64,000 nt of DNA from Tubulanus polymorphus (taxonomy: Eukaryota > Animalia > Nemertea), in NCBI RefSeq assembly GCF_964204645.1, contig NC_134027.1:12184485-12248484 (forward strand), in the 5' to 3' direction. A program made the position numbers and the translations under genes. Positions 33,301-45,000 of this stretch are shown here, one piece after another. Every line of letters starts with the position of its first letter. Within the stretch, counting starts at the first letter, position 1. A model generated the notes under the pieces. That model was not told the origin of the DNA and did not search any database. It was given only the letters and a program-made list of their open reading frames with translations.

Positions 33301-35720
33301 ATATTCAAGCTAAAATGTTTATCCAGAAATTGTGGCAATCTAAACAAACTTGGGATGAACCCTTATCTGATGAATTATCATCACTCTGGTTTGAAATACA
33401 TCAGCAGTTATACGCCTGTCAACATACAGCTATACAAAGACCATATTTTGGTCAACCGACTAGTGAATGTGAACTACACATTTTTGCTGATGCCAGTCCC
33501 AATGCTTATGGGGCTGTAGCTTATCTGAAAACTGACAAATCGACTTCAATCATCATGGCAAAATCACGGGTTAAACCATTAAAAGAGGTTACTATCCCTA
33601 GACTTGAATTATTGGCAGCACTGATCGCTGCACGGCTCGCGAAATTTATCCGTGATGCATTCGACAAGTCAAATTTAAGTTTAACAAAATGTGTTCTTTG
33701 GTCCGATAGTCAGATCACAATACATTGGATTCGGAGTGAGAAGAAATTACCCACATTCGTCGAAAACAGAGTCCGTGAAATTCGGTCTGTCAAATTTGAC
33801 ATAATCAATTATTGTCCTACAAAGGACAACCCTGCTGATCTCTTGACTCGGGGCATCAATACCCAAGACTTGGATAATAGTAGATTATGGTGGTTTGGAC
33901 CAACTTGGCTGCCTAATGGCGATTGGCCAATTGATCGATTGAATAATTCAACTGTACTATATTGTTCAGTAAATAATTCTGAATCGCACTCTCAACAGTG
34001 TGCAGAATTAGCTAGTACTAATTCTATCTCAGTTCTATCAACCACCGCAACTCCATCAGAACCGTCTGGAATACAAAAAGTAATAGATGTCGAGCAATTC
34101 AATTCGCTGCATAGATTACTTCGAGTCACAGCATGTGTACTACGCTTTATTTCTATTATGAAGAAGACATGTCAACCTAGACATAATCATATTACCGTGC
34201 CAGAAATACGTTTGGCTCGTACTACGTGGGTTCGCTCTTTGCAAGATGACGAATTTTCAAATGAAATTAAATGTATTCAGAAAGGGGGACGAGGTACCCA
34301 ATTGACTAAACAATTAAACCTATTCACTGATAAAGAGGGTTTAATTAGATGTGGCGGTCGTTTTCAAAACGCGAATCTTAACTACAACGCTAAGTACCCA
34401 ATATTATTGCCATCGAAGCACCCATACACAAAATTAGTAATTAGTGACGCCCATAAAATGGTTCTACACAGTGGGTTACAATCAACTTTGTGTTACATAC
34501 GTCAATCATATTGGATACCAAGAATTAGGCAAATAGTTAGCCCAATTATTAGAAAATGCTCAGTTTGCATTAGACATGATGGTAAATCATATCGTGCGCC
34601 AATCACGCCTCCGTTACCTGCCTGTAGACTAAAAGAAGCTCCACCCTTTACCATCACAGGCGTTGATTTCACTGGCCATTTATATTATCGCACGAAACAC
34701 TCAAAACAGAACAAGGCATACATATGTCTATTTACATGCGCCGTTTCCAGGGCAATACATCTGGAAATAGTCACTGATCTGACGCCTGCTTCCTTTATGA
34801 GAGCATTTCGCAGATTTGCCAGCAGGAGGTCGTTGCCAAGTCAATTGATCTCTGATAATGGTTCAACATTTTTGTCTGCAGAAAACGATATCAAAGAAAT
34901 ATTCAAATCAACAAAAGTCAGAAACTTTCTGTCTAACAAACTTGTTACTTGGACATTTATACCGAAACGCGCGCCATGGTTTGGCGGATTTTATGAAAGA
35001 TTAGTCGGTATAACAAAAAACACTTTGAAAAAAGTAGTTGGTCGAGCGTGTATTACCTTGGACGAATTGTCGACTCTAATTACTGAAATAGAGGCTACAA
35101 TAAACGATCGTCCTCTAACGTACATGACAAATGATGACGATGAGATCATTCCCTTAACTCCATCACATTTAATTTGTGGGAGAATGATTACTCTGTTACC
35201 TCAACCGGTAGTTGAAGAAAACGAACTAATTGATCCGAATTTTAACTTACCGCCCATCGGTTTCTCCGACGCGAAGAAACGCATGAAATACTTAGACAGT
35301 CTTTTCCAAGATTACTGGATACGGTGGCGAAATGAATATTTGCCAACCTTAAGGGAAAACCACTGTCAGACGCTAAAGCGGGGTGGCATTACGGAAAATC
35401 ATGTCAAAATAGGCGATAGAGTGATCGTTCATGATGACTCAAAAAAGAGAATCTTTTGGCAACTCGCTATCATTGAAGGTCTGAACAAGGGCAACGACGG
35501 TCTTGTGAGATCCGCGGTAATTCGTACTAAAAGCGGGATTACGAATAGACCCCTTAAAAAATTATACCCCTTAGAAATCAATTCTGATAGTGGCGAGAAA
35601 ATGAATGATGAATCATCGCCTCTAATTAGTAATATTCAACCCCCAATGAAAATAAAACGAAATGCAGCATTGAACGCTAGAAATAAAATAAAAAACTGGT
35701 GTGACAAACTGGTTGACTAA
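30393..35720 (+). CDS. BEL/Pao gag-pol polyprotein (Gag with three Cys/His knuckles, protease, RT, RNase H, integrase)
   Basis: LPKLALPNFDG; CAFC..H..C, CYNC..H..C, CKVC..HH; LFDEGAQ; RT DIEKAF and YVDN; RNase H FADAS; integrase GVDF, SDNG, PWFGGFYERLV. Confidence 0.95.
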   Translation: MGSEGRLTAIRRAQRGQMTKIFGKTEEKLAEILLVDESSRTLETVQPFSTLIDALFTKFEYLRQLDQQLMDEIADETELTNTIVESDDYLTEIQIKLGRFKLNLDNLLAKIPKPQSLNESVSTINRSSTTSTGSKKVNLPKLALPNFDGDILKWSTFYDNFISAVDSDPHLDDIQKFQYLVAQLTDEAARTIEGLQITSANYKEALTILVERYGQPHKIVNAYIRALLDLQPPQDHESLREFYDSLETYIRGLRALGKSEDAFGDILVPVVFDKLPSPVKTQISREHGDRAWTLKELRDAIRKEIQATQAGASCVNFDNEKLSALHISTKTRKNPASKNNSCAFCKGPHTAFSCDIIVNPKKRQDIIKANRKCYNCFGNHMVTACQSKYRCKVCKGKHHTAIHIDRNTDTHIESKNIHVNIAPTSSPVLLKSAIGQINYGSNSTTVNILFDEGAQCSFITKKSVNELGVRLDKFEKQDVNISTFGDNLPGARTLRSIDLKLRTRKGEIGLRALVVPEICPPIQNNVKLAVTNHPYLRNLPLAPYVNTSNCEINLLIGADYYWSIVENEVVRGAGPTAVSSKLGFLLSGPINLNANTSVLHTTCLLNTIHSNDEFSKLSNYWDLEVIGIKETIKSETMNFETYRDNYLKRDTSGKYIANLPWKEDYPPLPTNFDICTARTRSMVKRLSPELRQTYNAIIAEQLSREFIQIVENDDKSQGHYIPHHSVKKESITTPIRIVYDCSCKQRDNPSLNDCLESGPSLINDLVQILIRFRTNNVAFTSDIEKAFLNVKLGENDRNFTKFLWLSDPTDPDSPFKVYRFKSVLFGSTSSPFIINSVVKTHLQSENTEISIDMQSNIYVDNVLSGSHNAKKAIEYFEEATNTMSRGGFILRSWATNDPELRSLIKQQAMGENNEIVNVVGLQWDTISDTLQFSKAIKDPAMCTQSVVSKREVVSVTASLFDPLGLLSPVHIQAKMFIQKLWQSKQTWDEPLSDELSSLWFEIHQQLYACQHTAIQRPYFGQPTSECELHIFADASPNAYGAVAYLKTDKSTSIIMAKSRVKPLKEVTIPRLELLAALIAARLAKFIRDAFDKSNLSLTKCVLWSDSQITIHWIRSEKKLPTFVENRVREIRSVKFDIINYCPTKDNPADLLTRGINTQDLDNSRLWWFGPTWLPNGDWPIDRLNNSTVLYCSVNNSESHSQQCAELASTNSISVLSTTATPSEPSGIQKVIDVEQFNSLHRLLRVTACVLRFISIMKKTCQPRHNHITVPEIRLARTTWVRSLQDDEFSNEIKCIQKGGRGTQLTKQLNLFTDKEGLIRCGGRFQNANLNYNAKYPILLPSKHPYTKLVISDAHKMVLHSGLQSTLCYIRQSYWIPRIRQIVSPIIRKCSVCIRHDGKSYRAPITPPLPACRLKEAPPFTITGVDFTGHLYYRTKHSKQNKAYICLFTCAVSRAIHLEIVTDLTPASFMRAFRRFASRRSLPSQLISDNGSTFLSAENDIKEIFKSTKVRNFLSNKLVTWTFIPKRAPWFGGFYERLVGITKNTLKKVVGRACITLDELSTLITEIEATINDRPLTYMTNDDDEIIPLTPSHLICGRMITLLPQPVVEENELIDPNFNLPPIGFSDAKKRMKYLDSLFQDYWIRWRNEYLPTLRENHCQTLKRGGITENHVKIGDRVIVHDDSKKRIFWQLAIIEGLNKGNDGLVRSAVIRTKSGITNRPLKKLYPLEINSDSGEKMNDESSPLISNIQPPMKIKRNAALNARNKIKNWCDKLVD

Positions 35721-36762
35721 TGCACAGGTTCAGCCTAATCAGAGTATAATTCAAACTTATGTTCATAATGTTTCTTAATATGAGTTAATTTCATTTTTGA
35801 AGATTTATAATGTTAAGAATATGTTCTTCTATGTTTTTCAATTATTAAAATGTGTAAATGACGATCACCATAGTATATATGTAAAATTTAATGTTAATTG
35901 AAATGTAAGTTGAATCTTAACAGTGAAAATCATGTATGTATACATTCAAGCACAAATTGTATTAATGTTAAAATACTATGTAATTTCCTTTCTATTATAT
36001 ACCTGAATATATATCGGAGTAAATGTTCTTTTTATTTCTGATATTCACATGTTTTTAATTTCAAGAATACGTCAATCAATATTGTAATCTGTTATCTCAT
36101 AATAATGCTATACAATATCCTAGTTATCATGTATACACCTATATTTTAGTTGAGACACAACGCAATGTCATAGTTTAACGTCAAAGCTTAATGTCAATGT
36201 TTAATGTCAAAGCAATCTCAGTTTTGTGTTAAATGAAGATTAAGAGTAATGCAAACTTGATGTATCGAAGATTTAGTGATTCTGATATGAAATTGGAAAT
36301 TGATTAATTTCTCATTTTTTACGTAGGCTTATTAACCTCATAGGTATTCCTAATTGATTATACATCCTATTTGTTCTTCCCGCCGCCGGGAGTGTTTCGA
36401 AAGTTCGGTTACTAAGCCGCTCATCTGGTTTGTGTTTATATATTTACTGTGGATGACATCTTGTTTATGTTTATTCTCCATCTATGTGAAATAAAATCAG
36501 TCACTTCCAAGGTTTCGTAGTAACCAGACGTGTTGCTTCTTTCTCTCGGATCTGTCCCCTCTGGTCGAATCGAACCTTTCACGACATAAGTACATAGACA
36601 TGTGTGTAATATGCCAACCTGCATGGTTAGTTCATACAACTGCCACCAGGGGACTGTGAAAACAACGATTCTCCTAGCTCCTTAACTGCGATAGAATCGT
36701 GGTTGCAACGTGTGGTTAGTAGTTCTTTACAAGATACTTGTATTGATGTATGGTTTAAGTAG

Positions 36763-36811
36763 CACCACCACCACCACCACCACCACCACCACCACCACCA
36801 CCACCACCACC
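36763..36811. repeat. (CAC)n microsatellite
   Basis: Read directly from the sequence. Confidence 0.95.
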
Positions 36812-37049
36812 AAACATTCACCATATACGAACTCAACCTTCCTTTTTTCACATTTAAGCGACTGTGAAAGTTTCAGACGCGTACGTGGCGTTAAACGGAC
36901 GTAATCGTTTGACGTGACTCACGATTCACGGATTTCACGATAACAATAGGACGACGTGTACTACGTACCGTCGTCCTAAAAACCGTTAAGTTTGAAATTT
37001 GAATAAACAGTCGTAGTACATGTATTTGTATCATTTTGAGAGATGTGCG

Positions 37050-39750
37050 ATGGGAATGGGAGTTCAATCCTCCCGGTGGTTCCCATTTCGGTGGATCATG
37101 GGAGCGTATTGATCCACAGCTAGATTTTCGTAGTAACTGAAAATGTTTCGTAGTATTTAGAAATGTTCTTAATGTTGTTTCCGTATGCGTGGGGGTTACG
37201 TTAAAGCCGTCAGACAAGAACGTACTAGTAAAGTCTGTTCACAACGAGTTGACGTGCGGCTTTTTCTCCACATCAAAGAGCAGCTACTGCTGTGAGCTGT
37301 CAGATAGCTGCTACACAAATGATCCATCACAGATGTGCTGACCCACTGCAGCCCAGCGTCCACCAAGAGTGCATAACTACACACACACATAACTTGCATC
37401 TCCAACCACTCGGTTCTTTAATATTACACAAGTCAGTTTAAAATGCAAATGATTTGGTTGACAAATTCATTATAAATACCAGCGATGATTCTTCGTCTGA
37501 ATCAGATTCAAACTATATAATATGGATGCATCCGAAAAAAAGTGTCTGGATAGATTGGAGTTCAATCTGTGCCATCTTATTATCTAGATATAATATAGTG
37601 CCACTTCTCTATGAGTGAAAACCACGAAAATATCAGTTGTCTAAATGCCTAGAGCTCTGTGAAAATATGTTACAAAAATATGTGACTTGACATGTGTTAA
37701 ATCCAGATATATCTTCTTTCCTTGAATATTCTGTGAAATGAGCAAAATCCTCGAAAATTCTCTCCTTTCTAACAACTGCAACTATTTTATCTGGATCACT
37801 GCCAGGCCTTGCCATCCATCAACTCTACGTCATCATTCAATAAGAGTGTATAAAACAACAAGATAAACTTAAATTCTCTATATTCCTAAGACTGCATGTC
37901 TTGAGAAATCTTGCTAGTTATTCACTCTTGCTGAATTTGTGTACAAAACCATAGCAACAAGCCACTTAACTGGCTCAGCATGCACCCCTGCAACACAGTT
38001 CACTACTGTAAACTGATACCCCTGTGGTCAAAAAGCCGCACGTCAACTCGTTGTGAATAGACTTTAGTAAGAATTACGAAAGTTCTTGTTTGATGCTTTC
38101 ATCTACCAACGCAAACCATAAATCAGTCTATAAACAACAATTCTTTCTCGGTTCTTCTGCTGTGAGATCTGGCAAACATTCAGAAAATCTTTATATAAAA
38201 CTTTTAAATAGTTGGAACCATATTTGGTTGGGTCGGAACAATGGAGTGTATTTATAATGAGGCTCGTGAAGGGATCACGCTGATACTTGATGATATTCCC
38301 GGCTACTTTCCGTAAAAGGAAAAACCGGAAGTTTAGGAAGATGTGGTTGCTTTGCTTATCCTGTATTAAAATAGAATTAGTTAAATTGTAGATAAAATAA
38401 TTAGTATAAGTATTTCAAATAATTTAAGAATTGATAATCAATCACAATGTATTCCGAATCGTAGTTAATTATAATAATTAAAAAAGAAACAATGAATTTG
38501 TACTGTAATTAGAAAAGAAAACAAAGTTTTGAAAATATATTTAATTTGTGTAATCTAGATGTTGTTTAAGAACAAATTGTTAATAATCGCTAATGTTTTA
38601 GAAAAATTAATTTGTGTTAAATGTAAAAACTAGCTGTCTGAAGTTTCTGTTGTCTGTATGCGCTCGTTGGTAATTCACAGACAATAGCTGCTCTCTCAAC
38701 AACGACTAGCAAGGAGTGAGTAAATCACAACGCGTCATGACAGGAGGGTTGGAAGGAAAGAGAGGATTGTGACCGGTGTATCAGTATGATCCGATCAGCC
38801 TCGCGAAAGTCCAGCCGCTGTCAATCTGGACGACGAAATGTTATCTACGTTATTGTGCGAGGTAGAGAACATTCTGAATAACCGGCCGCTGACTCGGGTT
38901 GTCCGACGATGCCGATGATTTAACCGCTCTGCCCCCGAATCATCTGCTCATGATTGGTGCGGGAAATCGAGGCGCACCAGGACTGTTCGAGAAAACGGCT
39001 CTCTACGCGAGAAAGCGGTGGCGCCGTATTCAGTTTTTGGCAGATCGTTTCGGGCAGAGATGGTTGGGTGAATACAAACGCCTTACAAACGCGCCACAAA
39101 TGGCAAATGTACGTGGTTGGTGATATTGTTCTGTTGGTGGACAATTCAGCGAGAGTTAGTTGGAGCCTCGGTAAAGTCGTTGAAACGAGACCTGGCCAGA
39201 AAGGATATGTTCGCACGTTCGTTGTGAAAACTGCGAACAACCGATTGGTCCGACCGATACATAAGTTGGTCCCACTCATAGAAGCCGACGAGTAACTTTT
39301 TTGTTTGAAATTGTGTTTGTGGTGTGTTTTACTGATTGATAGAATAGTTTATGTAGTTGATAAGAGGTTTACTTAGACTATCTAAATACATTTGTTCCCC
39401 TTATGGGTTGTTTTGTTTTTGACACGTATACAGTTTTAGTCGCCATTTTTCGCTGTAACATATTAGATTGGCGGGAGCTGAAAATATTTCGGTAAGCAGG
39501 CTATGTCAGTTTACTTTAGTTAGCAGTATCTGTAGTATAGGTTTGTTGGGGTTATTTCTGAGTTTAATTACTTTATCTTTTAAGTCAATCTTCAATTCAT
39601 CACTTGTCACAAGTTAGTCGCTGTAAAATGTGTGTGTATGATGATAATGATGTGACGGTCCAACATTTATGAAAAATAAACAATAAGTCAAGAAGAAGAC
39701 GTCGCTGTTATCAATTTTCTTCTTTCGTCGCAATATTACCTGTGACATTT
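37050..39750 (+). mobile_element. Degenerate second BEL/Pao element: integrase C-terminus split by a ~1.7-kb insertion, plus a possible 3' LTR
   Basis: WEFNPPGGSHFGGSWER at ~37057-37107 resumes at ~38785 (LLCEVENILNNRPLT, PNHLL, VGDIVL, RPIHKLVPL). GGCGGGAG near 39470 precedes an LTR-like stretch. Confidence 0.7.
37228..38066. mobile_element. Non-autonomous TIR element within the BEL remnant
   Basis: About 45-bp inverted repeats TAAAGTCTGTTCACAACGAGTTGACGTGCGGCTTTT / AAAAGCCGCACGTCAACTCGTTGTGAATAGACTTTA; exact ends uncertain. Confidence 0.7.
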
Positions 39751-40604
39751 AAATATAATAAATACGGTAAATACAAATCAATATACATACTAATGGAAGA
39801 CACATAGTGTACGGGTACATAATACTGTGAATAGCACTTCAAACAACTTCTTGCATAGGCGATGCATCATGATAGCTATTCGAATACATACGACCATGGA
39901 CGTACAATCTAGATATGTGTTTTGTACATAGCCTAGTTTATACATCCATGATACGACCAACAATGGATAACCAAGAGAATGAAACTGAAACTGAACTGTA
40001 TCACCATTGACCACATTAACCATACATTGCGTCTATCAAAACCTTCACTGTTAGGACTTAGAAACGTTACTAATACATCTTATCGAGCATACGAAAGATT
40101 TGTATTCACAGTAAACTGCGCTTACCTCGGATCTATAGCGGGACCAATAGGTTTTCTCCAGGGTAAGTGAATACTGGGGCAGCAGAATTTTAATTTCCTC
40201 CATATTTATTTAGTAGGCATTTAAAAAGCATGTTCATATTGTGTTTTGAATGCCTATATTCAGGAATCTTATGATGATCAAACTGAATATTCACTTATCG
40301 TCAAGGGGTCTACTGTACATAAGTTTTTGATGTCGGTGGATACCGAAGTGGGGTAGGCGATCGGGAAAGTAACAGGTTAAAATTGAATGTCAGCAAAATT
40401 CTGTCCAGAATAACTTGAGAAAAATTTCACAGAAATCCATTCAAAACTTTTGAAGTTATTCAGGACCGATCTAAGCACTTGTCCGTTTGCCCAGGGCAAG
40501 TACGTAGGTTATCATTATCACTTACCCCCGGGCTAGTGCAATTTTATGTCACAAAGCTTTTGTCCACTCGATATAACGGATCATAGTGCCATCAATCGGA
40601 CTGC

Positions 40605-40759
40605 CAGGGCCAAATTCGGTTTTCGTATCTAGTCGACTATTGGTCGGAACTAATAACCGATTTTCGAAGTATTTTCGGAATATAGTTCCGACTAACGGAC
40701 ATTCGATTTCGTCCAGTTCGACTATAGTCGACTAACTCAGATAACCGAAGGTGGCCCTG
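40605..40759. mobile_element. Small MITE
   Basis: Imperfect TIR CAGGGCCA..TTCGGTT / AACCGAA..TGGCCCTG. Confidence 0.55.
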
Positions 40760-42091
40760 TGTAGGGCAAGTAGCTTTTGGAGGAGGCAAGCGAAATTTCA
40801 TATATGCTTGCCCCCCAGACAAGTGGCTTTCATTCCTTAGATTTACTCTTGAGTAAAAATACATGTACTTCAATTTTCAAATGACCACTCTTCTAGCCAG
40901 TGGTTTAATTCTACAGATCGAGTTAAAATGATTGAACTGAATCCATCAATTCGTAGAATCAAAATATTGTAGCTGGAGTTATCATTCCTAACTAATGCAT
41001 TCCGTGATCATAATCTACATGTAATTGAATAATTACTGTCATCTAGAGTTAATAAGATAGTGACTTCACAAATTAAAGTGAACTTTGGTTGTTTTAATGT
41101 ACCATTCAGGATTGGCATAATTTCTACAAAAGCGCATACATGTACATGTTTTACCTGATTAAATCCAAAGCATGTACATGTAATGCCAAAAGAATAACGT
41201 GTGATGAAAGCATAATTTGCTTAATCTATTGTTCGTCATCCCATTTAAATCAAAGTTTCTATCTACCAGTACCCCGATCTATATGGATGAAAATGAAGGA
41301 ATACTTAAAAGTCCTGAGTTGGCTAAACCATAAATCCACAGCAAAATATTGAGCAACACTTAAAGAGAAACCAAGGATTTCTTTCTCTTCGAAACACCTA
41401 CAAATTGTAATCGAAAAATCGAATAATAAAAAAAGATTATTAATTTCTATATGAAGTGAAATGAATACAAGAAAAAATCCAGGTATACAGCTATGTACTG
41501 TATGACAAGGAGATGTGACTTCTTGGGAAATAAGTTTGCTAATGCATGCATCACATTTATAACCAGGTGTTGTGATGTATGTACAATATAATGTTAATCC
41601 GTATCATTAACCAGATTAATCTATATGTAATTGGTCCCAAATAATCTACATTGAGTTTCTGATTATCGTAGAAACCCTGTATCCTGTATGTACCGCATAT
41701 TGTATCATTTTTTGGAATTAGAGATTACCTTTTTCTGCCGTAATACATCATGTTGCGAGTTAACTGCGGCTTTAAGAAACCAAATCTGACTGATTGATAC
41801 AGCATAAAAACAGGTGCACCTACACCTAGCTTGTACAGAGGGGGACCTTTTCTAATATTGTTTGAATGGTTTCTGCAAAGCTAACATCACATTCATTACC
41901 CAATTTACCATTGGTACCCTACTATGGAGTTAACAGCCAAGCTTAATACTCATTACCCAATCAGTATACAGGTGCTTCACTATTAAAGTACACATAAATC
42001 ATAAATATCACATTTACAAACATAATTCATTAAACCAACCACAGTTGTAGACATTAATCTAAAGAATCTAAAGTACATGCTTAAAGTATTC

Positions 42092-45000
42092 TCATCCTCG
42101 AACGCCAACAATGTCTTCTAACTGCTGGAGGTAATGCGGTTGAATAGGAAGGAATATTTGTCTTGATACTGGTATCTTATCACACTGAAAAGAAATTCAA
42201 AATAACTCAATGAAAATTGGAAAAAAAACATGAACGTATTTACACTAGTACTCTAGTATACTCAAGTAAGAATTGACTTGTGCATGGGATCCGAATTAAA
42301 CCATCAAATATACAACTAACTTCTTAAGTTTTACAGTGGAACCTCATAACAATGATCTTAGATGACCAGAAAATCTGTTAACAAGGTTCTACTATAAATA
42401 TATTGAAGCAGAAAATCATATACATGTCTCAACCAAACAAAGGTTGAATCTTCTCCAGTAAATTCATACCAAAGTTCATCTGAACATTCAGGTTCACAGT
42501 CGTGAAATCGCATTGAACAATATAGCATAAAGACTTCTGGTTTGAGCCAGGGGGAGGATGGTGGAAACCCCGAAATTCCCAGATGACATTTGGCTTTATT
42601 GTTGACTGTTAAATTCTCATGGAAACATTATACATGTAAATTATTATCATTATGGATATCTATTTACATATCTATACATGTAAGAGGCTAGGACAAATTC
42701 TTTGCAAGGTATAGGTTCAAAATTGGTGGTAGTTACATGGATAAATGAGACATCAATTAAAAGATGAGGATGAGGAGATGGTTCATAGCCACATAATGAG
42801 GGCAGTATTCTGATTAAATCTGATAACAGAATAATAAGTTTCGTCAACAGACTGCAGGAGGTGCCATGTCTCGGTGGGATTGCAGAGATATGCCTTGATG
42901 ATCTTGGTATATGCATAGAGCTGTGTAAACTTTTACATTTCTGTGGTCTATGGTACAGTGTCCAAATGTGTGAACTGGGTTATACTTCACTGCAGGAGAT
43001 AACGGCGACGGGTCTGAAACTGTAATACTATTAACCTGTCTCAGTGACATATGCATTCTTTCTCTTTGAATTTATTTTTCTTCCCATGAATTACGACTTT
43101 TATATGGGTAGGCTTTGAAATAGTAGGTTTTGATATATTTAGAATCTATTTCACGCCAATGGGATAAACTTTAGATATATTTCAGGACCATGCTTTTCGA
43201 TACGTCAGTGCGCATACAATGCATCCACCGACTGGTAGCCCCTGGGAATATCATTTATAACTAGGGGTCCAGGGACACCATGCCCACTTGGGAAGTGGTT
43301 TCAAATGCTCAAGAATCTAACAATTTCAATATTCAACGCCCCCTGGTGACCATATACAAAAACCAATGACCTTGAAACTCACCAAAATCATATAACACGT
43401 CAGCAGCTACAATTTTGTAATTGTTTGTGGTAACAAAGTATGCCTAGTTACCAATAAGATTTCATAAGGAAAAGTTATTCTACTATTCAACACCCCCTGG
43501 TGACCATATGCAAAACCCAATGACCTTGAAACTCACCACAATCATAGAAATTGTGATGAACTACAACTTTGCAATTGATCATGGTAGCAAAATATGCCTA
43601 GGTACCAATGTAATAAGGAAATACTAGGGTATTCTACTATTCAACGCCCCCTGGTGACCATATGCAAAACCCAATGACCTTGAAACTCACCACAATCATA
43701 GAAATTGTGATGAACTACAACTTTGCAATTGATCATGGTGACAAAATATGCCTAGGTACCAATCTAATAAGGAAATACTAAGTTATTCTACTATCCCTTG
43801 GTGACCATATAGAAAACTTATTTCCTCAAAACTCACCACAATCATAGACGATGTCATGAGCTACAACTTTGCAATTGATTGTGGTGACAAAATATGTATA
43901 GGTACAAATATAATATAGAAATACTAAGTTATTGTATTATTCAACGCCCCCTGATGGCCATATACAAAAACCAATTGACCTTGAAACTCACCAAAATCAT
44001 GGAAAACGTTATGAGCTACAACTTTCCAATCGATTGTGGTATTACAATATGCTTAGGTATCAATATAATGTGGAAAAACTTTTCCCCACCTATGAATCAG
44101 TACTGATGACACCAAATTTCCTTTGGCAAAAAATAGAAAAAACTGAAACTATATTGCCTTTGGTTAGCTAAATGACCTGAAATATTTGAACAATGTAATT
44201 CAATGCAATTGGAACCTAAAAGAACTATACTTTTTGGAATCAAACCCTTCAGCGGAAAACTTGATAACAATATAATACAAATTCAACTTGATTGAATAAC
44301 TAGGGGTCCAGGGACACCATGCCCACTTGGGAAGTGGTTTCAAATGCTCAACAATCTAACAATTTCAATATTCGATGCCCCCTGGTGACCATATACAAAA
44401 ACCAATGACCTTGAAACTAACCACAATCATAGAACATGTCAGCAGCTACGATTTTGAAATTCATTGTGATAAAATATGCCTCGTTACCAATTTAATATGG
44501 AAATACTAAGTTATTCTACTATTCAACGCACCCTGGTGACCATATTCAAAACCCAATAACCTTGTAACTCGCCACAATCATAGAACATGTCATGAACAAC
44601 AACGTTGCAATTGATCATGGTAACAAAATATGCCTAGGTACCAATATAATAAGGAAATACTAGGGTATTCTACTATTCAACGCCCCCTGGTGACCATATA
44701 GAAAATTTATTTCCTCAAAACTCACCACAATCATAGACGATGTCATGAGCTACAACTTTGCAATTGATTGTGGTGACAAAATATGTATTGGTACAAATAT
44801 AATATAGAAATACTAAGATATTGTATTATTCAACGCCCCCTGATGGCCATATACAAAAACCAATGAACTTGAAACTCACCACAATCATAGAACACGTTAT
44901 AAGCTACAACTTTCTAATTCATTGTCGTAACAAAATATGCTTAGGTATCAATGTAATATCGAAAACCTTGGCCGCCAATTGCGTCATAATTGGCTGATCA

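Larger units (their letters stand above)
30180..36586 (+). mobile_element. Intact BEL/Pao LTR retrotransposon
   Basis: 194-bp LTRs (30180-30373 and 36393-36586, TG...CA, identical by eye); 5-bp TSD TAAGT; PBS; single gag-pol ORF. Confidence 0.97.

Noticed and set aside
36627-36904. Poly-Trp / poly-Thr ORFs
   Set aside because: These are translations of the (CAC)n repeat.
43260-45000. Regularly spaced repeats as a CRISPR array
   Set aside because: Whole ~152-bp units repeat with no unique spacers, there are no cas genes, and the context is eukaryotic.
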